A stretch of DNA of 64,000 bases from an uncultured Acidobacteriota bacterium (GCA_963700145.1 OY969474.1:5280001-5344000); one strand, 5' to 3'; shown: positions 17,471-26,731, counted from the first letter of the stretch. Made by a program: numbers and translations. Notes: generated by a model from the letters alone, not told the origin.

Positions 17471-18657
17471 TGCCGCTCGACGGTCTCGGCGGCGCGGCCG
17501 GGCTGCCGCTCGACGGCGGCTCCCACCGCCTGGCCGAGGCGGAGAAGATGCTGGAGATCGGCGCCAAGCTGGCGGAGACGCTCCAGCTCGAGCGGGTGCT
17601 CGAGACGGCGCTGGAGGAAGCCGAGCAGCTCTGCCAGGACGAGACCAGCTCGATCTGGGAGCTCGACCCGGAGCGCGGCGAGCTCTTCTTCCGCGTCGTG
17701 CGCGGCCGGGCGGCGGGGGAGATCCGCGGGCTGCGCGTGCCGCTGGGGGAGGGGATCGTCGGCAGCGTCGCGCGCTCCGGCGTCGCCGAGGCGGTCAACG
17801 ACGTCGCCGCCGACCCGCGCTGGCGCGGCGACGCCGGCGAGTCGTTCCACACCCGGGCGCTCCTCGCCGTGCCGCTGGTGGCGCGCGGGGCGGTGATCGG
17901 CGTCCTCCAGCTCCTGAATCCGATCGGCCGCGAGGGCTTCGACGACGAGGACCTCCGCCGTATGGAGCTCTTCGGCGGCCTCCTCGCCAACCCGCTCCAG
18001 AACGCGCGCCTGCACGCGGCGCAGCGCCAGCAGTTCCTCGACACCGTGACGATCCTGGCCGAGTTCGTCGAGAAGCGGGACCCCTACACCGGCGGCCACT
18101 TCCGCCGCGTCGCGGCCTACGCGGTGCTGCTCGGCCGGGAGCTGGGGCTCGACCGCGAGACGCTCGAGGAGCTCAAGTACGCCGCCACCCTGCACGACAT
18201 CGGCAAGATCGCCGTGCCGGACGCGATCCTCGGCAAGCCGGCGCCGCTCGACGAGGTCGAGGCCGAGGTGATGAAGCGGCATCCGGCGGTCGGGTCGGAG
18301 ATCGTCGGCCGGCTGCGCAACCTGCGCCACGTGCTGCCGGGGGTGCGCAGCCACCACGAGCGGGTGGACGGCCAGGGCTACCCGGACGGCCTGGCCGGGG
18401 AGGAGATCCCGCTGGTCGCCAAGATCATCGCCGTCGCCGACACCTTCGACGCCATGACCACCAGCCGCCCCTACCGCGCGGGGATCGCGCCGGCCGAGGC
18501 GGCGGCCGAAATCGCCGCCCAGTCGGGGAGGCAGTTCAGCCCCGCCGTCGTCGAGGCCTTCTCCGCCCTCTTCGCCCGCGGCGAGCTGTCGCTGGCGCGG
18601 GGGAACGAGGTGCTGGAGGCGCTCTCGCCGCCGGCGGGGGAAGGGCCGGCGCGCTAG
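17467..18657 (+). CDS. GAF + HD-GYP cyclic-dinucleotide phosphodiesterase
   Basis: GAF (GEGIVGSVA..LLAVPL); LHDIGK, HHERVDGQGYPDGL, ADTFDAMT.SRPYR. Confidence 0.92.
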   Translation: MMPLDGLGGAAGLPLDGGSHRLAEAEKMLEIGAKLAETLQLERVLETALEEAEQLCQDETSSIWELDPERGELFFRVVRGRAAGEIRGLRVPLGEGIVGSVARSGVAEAVNDVAADPRWRGDAGESFHTRALLAVPLVARGAVIGVLQLLNPIGREGFDDEDLRRMELFGGLLANPLQNARLHAAQRQQFLDTVTILAEFVEKRDPYTGGHFRRVAAYAVLLGRELGLDRETLEELKYAATLHDIGKIAVPDAILGKPAPLDEVEAEVMKRHPAVGSEIVGRLRNLRHVLPGVRSHHERVDGQGYPDGLAGEEIPLVAKIIAVADTFDAMTTSRPYRAGIAPAEAAAEIAAQSGRQFSPAVVEAFSALFARGELSLARGNEVLEALSPPAGEGPAR

Positions 18658-18664
18658 GCGCCGC

Positions 18665-19390
18665 TCACTCTAGGACGACGAGCTCGACCCCGTTGCAGCC
18701 GTCCACCGGTACCTCCACCCGCTCCTGAAGGAGCCGGCCGGCGCCGCCGCGAACGTCGGCGGAGACGGTGAGCTCGCCCGAGAGCGGCCCGGCGAGCGCG
18801 AAGAGGCCGTCGGCGCCAGTGGTCGCCGCGCGCCGCTGCCCGCCGGGGCCGGTCACAGTGATCCGCACGCCGGGGAGCCCCGTCCCCGCTTCCCACTCCT
18901 CCTGGTCGCGGGTCTTCCGCACCACCCGGCCGTAGAGCGCCGTCACCGGCTCTCCGGCCAGCCGCCGGCGGGCGTAGCGGAGCTCCTCGCCGGCGACGGA
19001 GGCGCGGGTGGTGCCGCCGCAGAGACCGGCGTAGACCGCGCCGTCGTACTGCCGGTGCCAGGCGTGGACGAAGTAGCTCTCGCCGGGCTTGAACTCGATG
19101 CCGCAGTCGCCGCCGCCCAGGCCGCTCAGGACCTCGACGGTCTTCCCCTCGACGCCCCAGAATGCCTCCTCGACGGCGAAGGTGTAAACCCGCTCCGGCC
19201 AGGGGCCGCGCTGCCGCTCGACGGGCTTCCCGACCGTGTGCCCGAGGAAGACCAGCGCGCCCTCGTGGAACATCTCGCACGGCTGGCTGTTCCCCAGCGA
19301 CCAGACGCAGGAGCAGGCCTCGGCGGGCCTGCCGGACCCCACGACCGACCCCACCAGGACGACGACGAGCGCTATGTTGGAGCCGCGCAT
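18665..19390 (-). CDS. Secreted protein with TIMP-like ACSC N-terminus and carboxypeptidase-regulatory-like domain
   Basis: GGAGG before ATG 19390; signal peptide then ACSC; GGDCGIEFKPGESYFV; ATTGADGLF. Confidence 0.7.
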   Translation of the reverse strand: MRGSNIALVVVLVGSVVGSGRPAEACSCVWSLGNSQPCEMFHEGALVFLGHTVGKPVERQRGPWPERVYTFAVEEAFWGVEGKTVEVLSGLGGGDCGIEFKPGESYFVHAWHRQYDGAVYAGLCGGTTRASVAGEELRYARRRLAGEPVTALYGRVVRKTRDQEEWEAGTGLPGVRITVTGPGGQRRAATTGADGLFALAGPLSGELTVSADVRGGAGRLLQERVEVPVDGCNGVELVVLE

Positions 19391-19548
19391 GACGGCCTCC
19401 TTTCTCTCCGGGAGGTTAGACACCGCGGGCGACGTGGAGGCCAACCCGTACTCCGATCAGTGCCCGCTCCGGCGGGCAACCCTGCGGGTAGCAGAGCCCA
19501 TCACCGGGCTCTGCAACCGGCGCCTGCTAACATTTCGCGCGCCCGCCC

Positions 19549-21225
19549 ATGCTGCGTCTCCGTTTCGTCGTCGAGGGCCAAGAGCGCGTCGTGCCGCTGG
19601 TGCGCGACCTGCAGCTCGGGCGCGGCGCCGACAACGACCTCGTCCTCCCCGACAGCTCGGTCTCCCGCCACCACGCCGACGTCCGCCGCGCCGGCGACGG
19701 CTGGGTGGTGGAGGACGCGCGGAGCACCAACGGCGTCCAGGTCAACCGGCTGCCGGTGCAGCGGGCGCCGCTCCACCCCGGGGACCGGCTGACCGTCGGG
19801 GTCTTCGAGTTCGCCGTCGAGCTCTCCGCTCCCGCCCCGTCCCGCCCGCCGCTGCCGCCGCCGGCCGAGGGCCCGACCTCGGTCGCCCCCCTGGCCAACG
19901 CGACGCTCGTTCGGCCGCTCGCCGACTTCGAGAAGCGCCAAGCCCTCGACCAGGCCTACGAGAACCGCATCTTCGGCTTCATGACGCGGCTGGCGCGGCT
20001 CCTCCTCGCCTCCGACGCCGTCGACGAGGTGCTCGACCAGGTCCTCGACCTCGCCTTCGAGGCGCTGCCGGTCGACCGCGGCTTCATTCTGCTGCGCGAC
20101 GAGGAGGCGGGAGGCGAGCTGGTCTGCGAGCTGGCGCGCAGCAAGGGGCGGCGCGAGTTCCGTCCCCAAGGCGCGGTGCCGGTCTCGCGCACCATGCTGC
20201 AGGCGGTGATGAGCGAGCGGGTGGCCCTGGTCACCTACGACGCCCAGGCCGACCAGCGCCTCTCGGGCGGCGAGTCGGTCCGCATCCACCAGATCCGCGC
20301 CGCCATGTGCGCGCCGCTCTGGTCGGAGGAGCGGATCATCGGCGTCGTCCAGGTCGATTCCCCGGTCAAGGCCGGCGCCTTCACCGAGCGCGACCTCGAC
20401 TTCCTGACCGCGCTCGCCAACTACGCGGCGGTGGCGATCGAGCGGCTGCGCTACGCACGGCAGGCGGAGATCGAGCGCGAGGCCCGCGGCCGGCTCGAGC
20501 GCTACCACTCGCCGGCGGTGATCGAGGAGGTGCTGCGCGCCGGCGCCGCGGGGGAGAGCCGCCGGCTGCGGGTGGCGCAGGCGACGGTTCTCTTCGCCGA
20601 CCTGGCCGGCTTCACGCCGTTCGCCGAGCACGCGCCGCCGGAGGAGGTCGCCGAGCTGCTCGACGCCTACTTCAACCGCGCGGTGGACGCCGTCTTCACC
20701 GCCGGCGGCACGCTCGACAAGTTCATCGGCGACTGCGTCATGGCCTTCTTCGGCGCGCCGGTGCCGCAGGAAGACCACGCGGTGCGCGCGGTGCAGGCCG
20801 CGGTGCGCCTGCAGGAGGCGCTGGCGGAGTGGAACGCCGAGCGGGCGGCGCTCGGGCAGCCGCCGCACCTGGCGCGCATCGGCATCAACAGCGGGCCGGT
20901 GGTGGTCGGCGACATCGGCAGCAGCCGGCGGGTCGACTACACGGTGCTCGGCAACACGGTCAACGTCGCCTCCCGCCTCGAGGCCCTGGTCGCCCGCCCC
21001 GGCGACATCGTGCTCGGTCCCGAGACCCACCGCCTGCTGGCCGGCGCCGTCCCCACCGAGCCGCTAGGCGAGCTGCAGCTCAAGGGCCTCCAACAACGGA
21101 TCACCGCCTATCGCGTCCTCGCCGCCGGCCCGGTCCTTGCAAAGCGCGGGGCCGGGGACGGTCCTCCCCAGCAGGGCCCGCGCGGCGGGCCGGCATCGTC
21201 AGCCCGGAACCGGAGGACGCCATGA
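19549..21225 (+). CDS. FHA-GAF-class III adenylate cyclase
   Basis: FHA GR..DNDL..SVSRHHA..STNG; GAF; VLFADLAGFT, DKFIGD, RIGINSG, DYTVLGNTVNVASRLE. Confidence 0.93.
   Translation: MLRLRFVVEGQERVVPLVRDLQLGRGADNDLVLPDSSVSRHHADVRRAGDGWVVEDARSTNGVQVNRLPVQRAPLHPGDRLTVGVFEFAVELSAPAPSRPPLPPPAEGPTSVAPLANATLVRPLADFEKRQALDQAYENRIFGFMTRLARLLLASDAVDEVLDQVLDLAFEALPVDRGFILLRDEEAGGELVCELARSKGRREFRPQGAVPVSRTMLQAVMSERVALVTYDAQADQRLSGGESVRIHQIRAAMCAPLWSEERIIGVVQVDSPVKAGAFTERDLDFLTALANYAAVAIERLRYARQAEIEREARGRLERYHSPAVIEEVLRAGAAGESRRLRVAQATVLFADLAGFTPFAEHAPPEEVAELLDAYFNRAVDAVFTAGGTLDKFIGDCVMAFFGAPVPQEDHAVRAVQAAVRLQEALAEWNAERAALGQPPHLARIGINSGPVVVGDIGSSRRVDYTVLGNTVNVASRLEALVARPGDIVLGPETHRLLAGAVPTEPLGELQLKGLQQRITAYRVLAAGPVLAKRGAGDGPPQQGPRGGPASSARNRRTP
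21126..21141 (+). promoter_or_regulatory. Possible sigma-54 (-24/-12) promoter for the small membrane protein gene
   Basis: CGGCCCGGTCCTTGCA, GG-N10-GC spacing, about 80 nt upstream of ATG 21222. Confidence 0.35.
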
Positions 21226-21431
21226 CCGAGATCAACGTGCAGCGCCGGCGGACCAACCCCTGGCCCTGGCTCCTGGGCCTGCTCGCGCTGGCCCTGCTAA
21301 TCTGGGTGCTCGTCGGCTCGATGAGCGACGGCCCCGAGCCGTCGGCCACCGGCGAGGGCACCACCAAGGGCGCCGCCTCCGAAGGCCCCCCGCCCGAGCG
21401 CCCGCCGCTCCCGCCCATGCCGGTCGCCTGA
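21222..21431 (+). CDS. Small single-TM protein (69 aa)
   Basis: GGAGG RBS; ATGA overlap; MTEINVQRRRTNPWPWLLGLLALALLIWVLV then a Pro-rich tail. Confidence 0.75.
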   Translation: MTEINVQRRRTNPWPWLLGLLALALLIWVLVGSMSDGPEPSATGEGTTKGAASEGPPPERPPLPPMPVA

Positions 21432-21571
21432 CCGGCCGCCCCACCTACCGGGCCCCCCTTCCATCCGGTGAGGGAAACGGCGCCCTCTTCTCGTCTAACT
21501 GGTAAGCCGCGAGGCCGGTAACGGCCGCGACGGTCCAGCGCCTAAGCAACAAGATGGGAAGAAGGTGGACT

Positions 21572-23242
21572 ATGACGAACCCTCGGTTCTCCGCGTCGCT
21601 CTCTCTGCTCGCCGTCCTCGGCGCCCTGGCCTCCTCGCCGGCGGCCGCCGAGGCATCGGTCAAGTTCGTCTCGATCGACCAGGACCAGGCGACGGCCGAG
21701 GCCGACGAAGCGCTGCGCCAGCTCCTGGAAGGGAAGCTGGGGCAGGAGCTGAGCCCCAAGGCCTTCAAGTACGGCGAAGCCACCAACCGGCTGGCGGAGT
21801 GGAGCGCCGGCGACGGCGCCTACCTGGCGCGGGTCACACCGTACGTCTACATCGCCGCCGAGATGCTGGGCGCCGACTTCGAGGTCCTCGGCACCTACGT
21901 CAGCAAGGCCACCCGCGGCACCACCTACCACTCCTACTTCGTAGTCAACCGCGAGGCGCTGGCGGCGGTGCTGCCGCAGCTCGGCGGCCAGGCGCCCGAC
22001 CTCGACGACCTGCTGCGCTTCATCCGCGAGCGCGCGGCGCAGAAGCGGCCGGCGCGTTTCGTCTACCACAGCGCCTTCAGCACCTCGAGCTATTTCCTGC
22101 CGGCGCTCTTCTTCCGCCGCAACAGCATCTTCTCGATGCCCGAGTCGCGCGGCAGCCTGATCGCCATCGGCAGCAAGCAGCTCGCCGACGCCGGCAGCAC
22201 CGACCTGGTGAAGGAAGTCGCCGCCGGCGGCGCGGACTTCGCCGCCGTCTGGGACGGCACCAAGGTGAAGTTCGCGGGCGGGCGCGAGCACGCGGGCCTG
22301 GGCGAGAGTGTCCATTTCATCCAGCTCCCCAACGTGCTGCCCAACGACCTCCTGGTCTGCTCCCGCGCGCTGGCGAAGACGGCCGCGCGCAAGGTCTTCC
22401 CGCCCGGCGCGCCCACGCGGCTCGCCGTCGGCCGCGACGACTTCGAGGCCTGGGTGGACATCCACGGCGCCGCCGAGGCCCGCGACGCTCTCGCCGGCCT
22501 GCGCTGGCTGGCGCGCGACCAGCGGCTACCGGTGACGGTGCGCATCCAGCGGGGGACGGAGGGGGGCGACGACAAGATCCCCGACGGCTACCTCGAAGCG
22601 GCCGGCCAGGCGGCGCGGCTGTCGGGCACCGAGCTGGTGCTCTACGACGCCAGCTTCCACCGCATCGTCGACTACGAGTGGACGCTGCACTGGGTGCGCG
22701 AGGGGCACATCCGGCTGCGCAGCGAGATCCCGTCCTTCGGCGTGGCGCAGGAGTTCCGCATCAGCTTCCAGCCGGCGGCGGCGGGCGCCGAGGAGCAGGA
22801 CCTGACGCAGCGCATTGGCAACATCCTGGCCTCGCGGCTGCACCGCATGCGCCAGGTCTGGCCCTACGAGAACGACCGGCCGCTGGTGATCCGCGACGTG
22901 CCCTTCTCGGTGGACGCGACGAAGAGCGTCAGGATTCAGAAGGTCGAGTGGAAGGACCCGCTGCGCAACGACTACGCGGAGGGCCGCTCGAACGAGGTGC
23001 GGGTCGAGAGCGCCGACTTCTACCGCTTCCGGCTCGACCAGAAGGACTTCCGCCTGGCGATGGACGAGGGCGGCGAGGCCGCCCGGCTCGACCCGATGAG
23101 CCCGCTCGCCTACCGCGTCCTGCTGGAGCGCAAGCAGGAGCCGCAGACCGTCTTCCACGTCTTCAACGTCGTCTTCTTCGCCCTGGTCGGGCTGTCGGGC
23201 ACCGGCACGGTCCTGGCGTTCCGGCGCTCGCGGCGGGCTTGA
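21572..23242 (+). CDS. PhnD/phosphonate-binding-like protein with extra domain and C-terminal TM anchor
   Basis: Signal peptide; TPYVY, TYHSYFVV, STSSYFLP, ADFAAVWD, LPNDLLV are PhnD-family-like motifs; terminal hydrophobic helix then RRSRRA. Confidence 0.7.
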   Translation: MTNPRFSASLSLLAVLGALASSPAAAEASVKFVSIDQDQATAEADEALRQLLEGKLGQELSPKAFKYGEATNRLAEWSAGDGAYLARVTPYVYIAAEMLGADFEVLGTYVSKATRGTTYHSYFVVNREALAAVLPQLGGQAPDLDDLLRFIRERAAQKRPARFVYHSAFSTSSYFLPALFFRRNSIFSMPESRGSLIAIGSKQLADAGSTDLVKEVAAGGADFAAVWDGTKVKFAGGREHAGLGESVHFIQLPNVLPNDLLVCSRALAKTAARKVFPPGAPTRLAVGRDDFEAWVDIHGAAEARDALAGLRWLARDQRLPVTVRIQRGTEGGDDKIPDGYLEAAGQAARLSGTELVLYDASFHRIVDYEWTLHWVREGHIRLRSEIPSFGVAQEFRISFQPAAAGAEEQDLTQRIGNILASRLHRMRQVWPYENDRPLVIRDVPFSVDATKSVRIQKVEWKDPLRNDYAEGRSNEVRVESADFYRFRLDQKDFRLAMDEGGEAARLDPMSPLAYRVLLERKQEPQTVFHVFNVVFFALVGLSGTGTVLAFRRSRRA

Positions 23243-23256
23243 GCGGAGGGACCGCC

Positions 23257-23631
23257 ATGGGCTGCGCGCTCTCGCTGGTATCGAACGACCTCCACCCCGA
23301 GGACCTGCACGATCTGTCGCTCGACCTGCGCGACGACCTCGCGGCGGCCGGCGTCGAGGCCGAGCCGGTCGAGGAGAAGGCGCCGGGGGCGACCCGCGGC
23401 GATCTGATGACGATCGGCAGCCTGGCGCTGACCCTGGTCACCAGCGGCACGGCGGCCGCCCTGCTCAACGTCGTCCGCGCCTACTTCGACCGCAGCGCGT
23501 CGGCGCCGGTCGTCGTCGAGCTGACGCGGCCCGACGGCGCCAAGCTGACGGTCCAGGCCGGCAGCCTGCGCGGCGCCGAGTTCGAGCGCACGCTGTCGCT
23601 CGCCAACCAGTTCCTGGGGACGCCGCCGTGA
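23257..23631 (+). CDS. Effector-associated constant component EACC1-like protein
   Basis: GGAGG RBS; 124 aa; L..DLR.DL...APGATRGDLMTIGSLALTLVTSG...VVELTRPDGAKLTV; directly upstream of a caspase. Confidence 0.8.
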   Translation: MGCALSLVSNDLHPEDLHDLSLDLRDDLAAAGVEAEPVEEKAPGATRGDLMTIGSLALTLVTSGTAAALLNVVRAYFDRSASAPVVVELTRPDGAKLTVQAGSLRGAEFERTLSLANQFLGTPP

Positions 23632-25577
23632 GCGAGCAGCGCTACGCCGTCCTCATCGGCAACAGCAGCTTCCCCAGCGAGGCAAAGCTGCCGCCGCTGC
23701 GCTTCCCCGAGAACGACGTCGACGCCCTCCACGAGCTGATCACCTCGGAGGAGCACGGAATCTTCACCCAGACCTTCGTGCTCAAGAACCGCTCCAGCCA
23801 GGAGGTGCGCGAGCGCGCCAACGAGGTGCTGAACCTGGCCGAGCGCGACGACCTGGTGCTCCTCTACTACGCCGGGCACGGCAAGCTCAACCGGCGGGGG
23901 AAGCTCCACCTGGCGACGGTCGACACCCGGCTCTCGACGCTCGAGGCCACGTCCTTCCCGGTCAGCAGCCTGCGCGACTTCATGGAGATCTCGCGCTCGA
24001 AGCGGATCGTCGTGATCCTCGACTGCTGCTACAGCGGCGCCGCCGGCGGCGTCTTCACCCGCGGCACCACCGACGACTCGCTGCAGCAGTTCGCCTCGGG
24101 CCGGGGCATCCAGGTGATGACGGCCTCGACCGGCATCGAGGTGGCGGAGGAGCGGGAGCAGGACGGTCACGGCGTCTTCACCAAGCACCTGCTGGCGGGG
24201 ATCCGCGGCGGCGCCGACGAGGACGGCGACGGGCTGGTCTCGGTCGACGAGCTGTACCGCTACGTCCACCGCCACGTGGTCCAGGACAGCGCGCAGGTGC
24301 CGACCATGCTCAACCTGGAGAAGGCCGGCGACCTGATCATCGCCAAGAGCGGCCGCAAGCCGCGCGAGGAGCGCAACCGGCAGATCGCGGAGCGGCTCTT
24401 CCGGCTCGCCCAGGAGGGCGTCGTCACCCATCGCTTCATCGGCGACGTGCTGGCCAGCCTCGAGACCCGCTACGCCGTGCGCACCGCCCGGCAGAAGGAG
24501 CAGCACGACCTCCTCGAGCGCTGGATGGGGGAGAAGCTCGGGATCGGCGAGCTGGTCGAGTGCTGGAACCGCCTGGGTCTCGAGGAGGGGGCGATCGTGG
24601 TCCCGGCCCGTCCTGCCCCGGTCGACGAGGCGCCGGCGCCGATCGCGCCCGCACCTCCCGAGCCCGTACCGCCCGCGCCCGCTCCCGTCGTGGTGGATCG
24701 ACGCGACGAGCCGCGCCGCGCCCCTTGGACTCTGCGGTCGATCCTCGCCGCCCTGCGCGCGGCCCCGGCGCGGGCGCTCGCCAGCGGGCTGGACGGGCGT
24801 CTCGGCCTGAGTCTCCTCCTCGCCGCGGTCTTCACCTTCAACCTGGTCGAGACGAACCTCGAGACCCTGGCCGCCGGCTCGGCTGCGGGGCAGCGGCTCG
24901 CCGAGCTGGGGAACGACTTCGCGCTGGCGAGCCAGAAGCTGGAGGGCGACCTGGGACTCGCCAAGAGTCTGAACTTCGTCGATCACGACGCCGCGCCCCG
25001 CCTCTCGGCGGTCGTCTACAGCGCCTCGTACTTCTTCGTCTTCCCGGCGCTCTGCGTCGCCGTGGCGCTCGGACTGGCGCGCCGGCGGGAGATCGCGCCC
25101 TTCCGCGTCTACACCCTGGCGCTTGCCGCCGACTACGCGGTGAGCCTGCCGTTCTTCCTCCTGCTGCCGATCCCCGAGCGCTGGGCCTTCCCCGGCTCCG
25201 GGGCGATCCTGCTCTCCGACAGCTTGAGCTCGCACCTCATCGACGCCATCCGGCCGATGAGCGGCCTCGACAACTGCTTCCCGAGCTTCCACGTCTCGAT
25301 GACGGTCATCGCCATTCTGGTCTGCTTCCGCTTCAAGGCGCGCTTCCGGGTGGCGGCGCTCGGCCTGGGGGCGACCGTCGTCCTCTCCACCCTGGTCCTC
25401 GGCATCCACTGGGTGGGCGACATGATCGCCGGCACCGCGGTGGCGGCGTTCAGCGTCGCCGTCGCCGCCTGGCTCGACGTCCGGCTCGCCGCGCGGCGGC
25501 CGCGCCCGGCGGCGGAGCCCGCGCCGGAACCTTCGTCGATCTCCGCCGTACATAGGCTCGTACACCTACGGCCGTAA
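23628..25577 (+). CDS. Caspase (peptidase C14, EACC1-associated type) fused to a PAP2-superfamily membrane domain
   Basis: RYAVLIGN, YYAGHG, ILDCCYSG, GVFTKHL, DEDGDGLVSVDELY; Pro linker; TM helices with NCFPSFHV and STLVLGIHWVGDMIAG. Confidence 0.9.
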   Translation: MSEQRYAVLIGNSSFPSEAKLPPLRFPENDVDALHELITSEEHGIFTQTFVLKNRSSQEVRERANEVLNLAERDDLVLLYYAGHGKLNRRGKLHLATVDTRLSTLEATSFPVSSLRDFMEISRSKRIVVILDCCYSGAAGGVFTRGTTDDSLQQFASGRGIQVMTASTGIEVAEEREQDGHGVFTKHLLAGIRGGADEDGDGLVSVDELYRYVHRHVVQDSAQVPTMLNLEKAGDLIIAKSGRKPREERNRQIAERLFRLAQEGVVTHRFIGDVLASLETRYAVRTARQKEQHDLLERWMGEKLGIGELVECWNRLGLEEGAIVVPARPAPVDEAPAPIAPAPPEPVPPAPAPVVVDRRDEPRRAPWTLRSILAALRAAPARALASGLDGRLGLSLLLAAVFTFNLVETNLETLAAGSAAGQRLAELGNDFALASQKLEGDLGLAKSLNFVDHDAAPRLSAVVYSASYFFVFPALCVAVALGLARRREIAPFRVYTLALAADYAVSLPFFLLLPIPERWAFPGSGAILLSDSLSSHLIDAIRPMSGLDNCFPSFHVSMTVIAILVCFRFKARFRVAALGLGATVVLSTLVLGIHWVGDMIAGTAVAAFSVAVAAWLDVRLAARRPRPAAEPAPEPSSISAVHRLVHLRP

Positions 25578-25597
25578 GGCCGACGGAGGAGATCGAG

Positions 25598-26731
25598 ATG
25601 TCGCGAGCCGCGCTCGCGGTGGCCGCCCTGCTGGCGGTCGCCGCCGTTCCCGCATCCGCCCAGTCCGCCCTCTCCCTGCCGCCCAGCGGCGACAACCAGC
25701 GCTCGGTCGTCACCCAGTACATGGGGCTCGTCTCGGCGAGCATCGACTATAGCAGCCCCGACGTCACCAGCCCGACCGGCGAGGACCGCCGGGGGAAGAT
25801 CTGGGGCCAGCTCGTGCCTTACGGCATGACCGACCTGGGCTTCAACGGCGGCAAGCCGAGCCCCTGGCGGGCCGGCGCCAACGAGAACACCGTCTTCACC
25901 GTCTCGCACGACGTGCAGGTCGAGGGCCAGCCGCTGCCGGCCGGCCGCTACGGCCTGCACATGATCCCCGGCGCCGAGGAGTGGACGGTCGTCTTCTCGA
26001 AGAACTCCAGCACCTGGGGGAGCTACTGGTACGAGCCGTCCGAGGACGCCCTGCGCGTCACGGTCAAGCCGGTCAAGAACGAGTACCGGCACTGGCTGAC
26101 CTACGAGTTCGACGACCGGCAGCAGGACTCGAGCGTCGCCTCCCTGCAGTGGGAGGAGCTCAAGGTGCCGTTCAAGATCTCGGTGCCCAACGGCAACGAG
26201 CTCTACTTCCGACAGGTCTCGGACGAGCTGCGCGGCGCTCCCGGCTTCGACTTCCAGGCCTACGAGAACGCGGCGCAGTTCGCCCTGCAGCGCGACATCC
26301 ACCTCGACCAGGCCCTGGTCTGGGCCGAGAAGGCGAGCGGCCCGCCGCTGGGGCGCGAGACCATCTCCACCCTGACGACCAAGGCGCAGGTCCTCGACAA
26401 GCTCGGCCGGAGCGAGGAGGCGCACCAGGCGGTCAAGAAGGCGCTCGACCTGCCGTCGGCCTCGGCGGTCGACATCCACATGCTGGGCCGCCAGCTCCAG
26501 GGGCAGGGGAAGGTCAAGGAGGCGGTCGAGGTCTTCAAGCACAACGCCAAGCGCTACCCGGGCGTCTGGCCGACCGAGGTCGGCCTGGCGCGCGCCCACT
26601 CGGCGCTCGGCGAGTACGAGACGGCGCTGGAGCACGCGAAGACGGCGCTGGCCCAGGCCCCCGACCCGCAGAACAAGCAGTCGCTCGAGCGGGCGGTCAA
26701 GATGCTGACGGAAGGGAAGGACTTCAACTAG
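25598..26731 (+). CDS. DUF2911 + TPR secreted protein
   Basis: IDYSSP..GKIWGQLVPYG..PWRAGANENT, LPAGRYGL; C-terminal TPRs; GGAGG RBS. Confidence 0.88.
   Translation: MSRAALAVAALLAVAAVPASAQSALSLPPSGDNQRSVVTQYMGLVSASIDYSSPDVTSPTGEDRRGKIWGQLVPYGMTDLGFNGGKPSPWRAGANENTVFTVSHDVQVEGQPLPAGRYGLHMIPGAEEWTVVFSKNSSTWGSYWYEPSEDALRVTVKPVKNEYRHWLTYEFDDRQQDSSVASLQWEELKVPFKISVPNGNELYFRQVSDELRGAPGFDFQAYENAAQFALQRDIHLDQALVWAEKASGPPLGRETISTLTTKAQVLDKLGRSEEAHQAVKKALDLPSASAVDIHMLGRQLQGQGKVKEAVEVFKHNAKRYPGVWPTEVGLARAHSALGEYETALEHAKTALAQAPDPQNKQSLERAVKMLTEGKDFN

Noticed and set aside
21474-21498. GAAAC...CGTCTAA as an ECF sigma promoter
   Set aside because: Spacer is only 13 nt, shorter than the usual 16-17.
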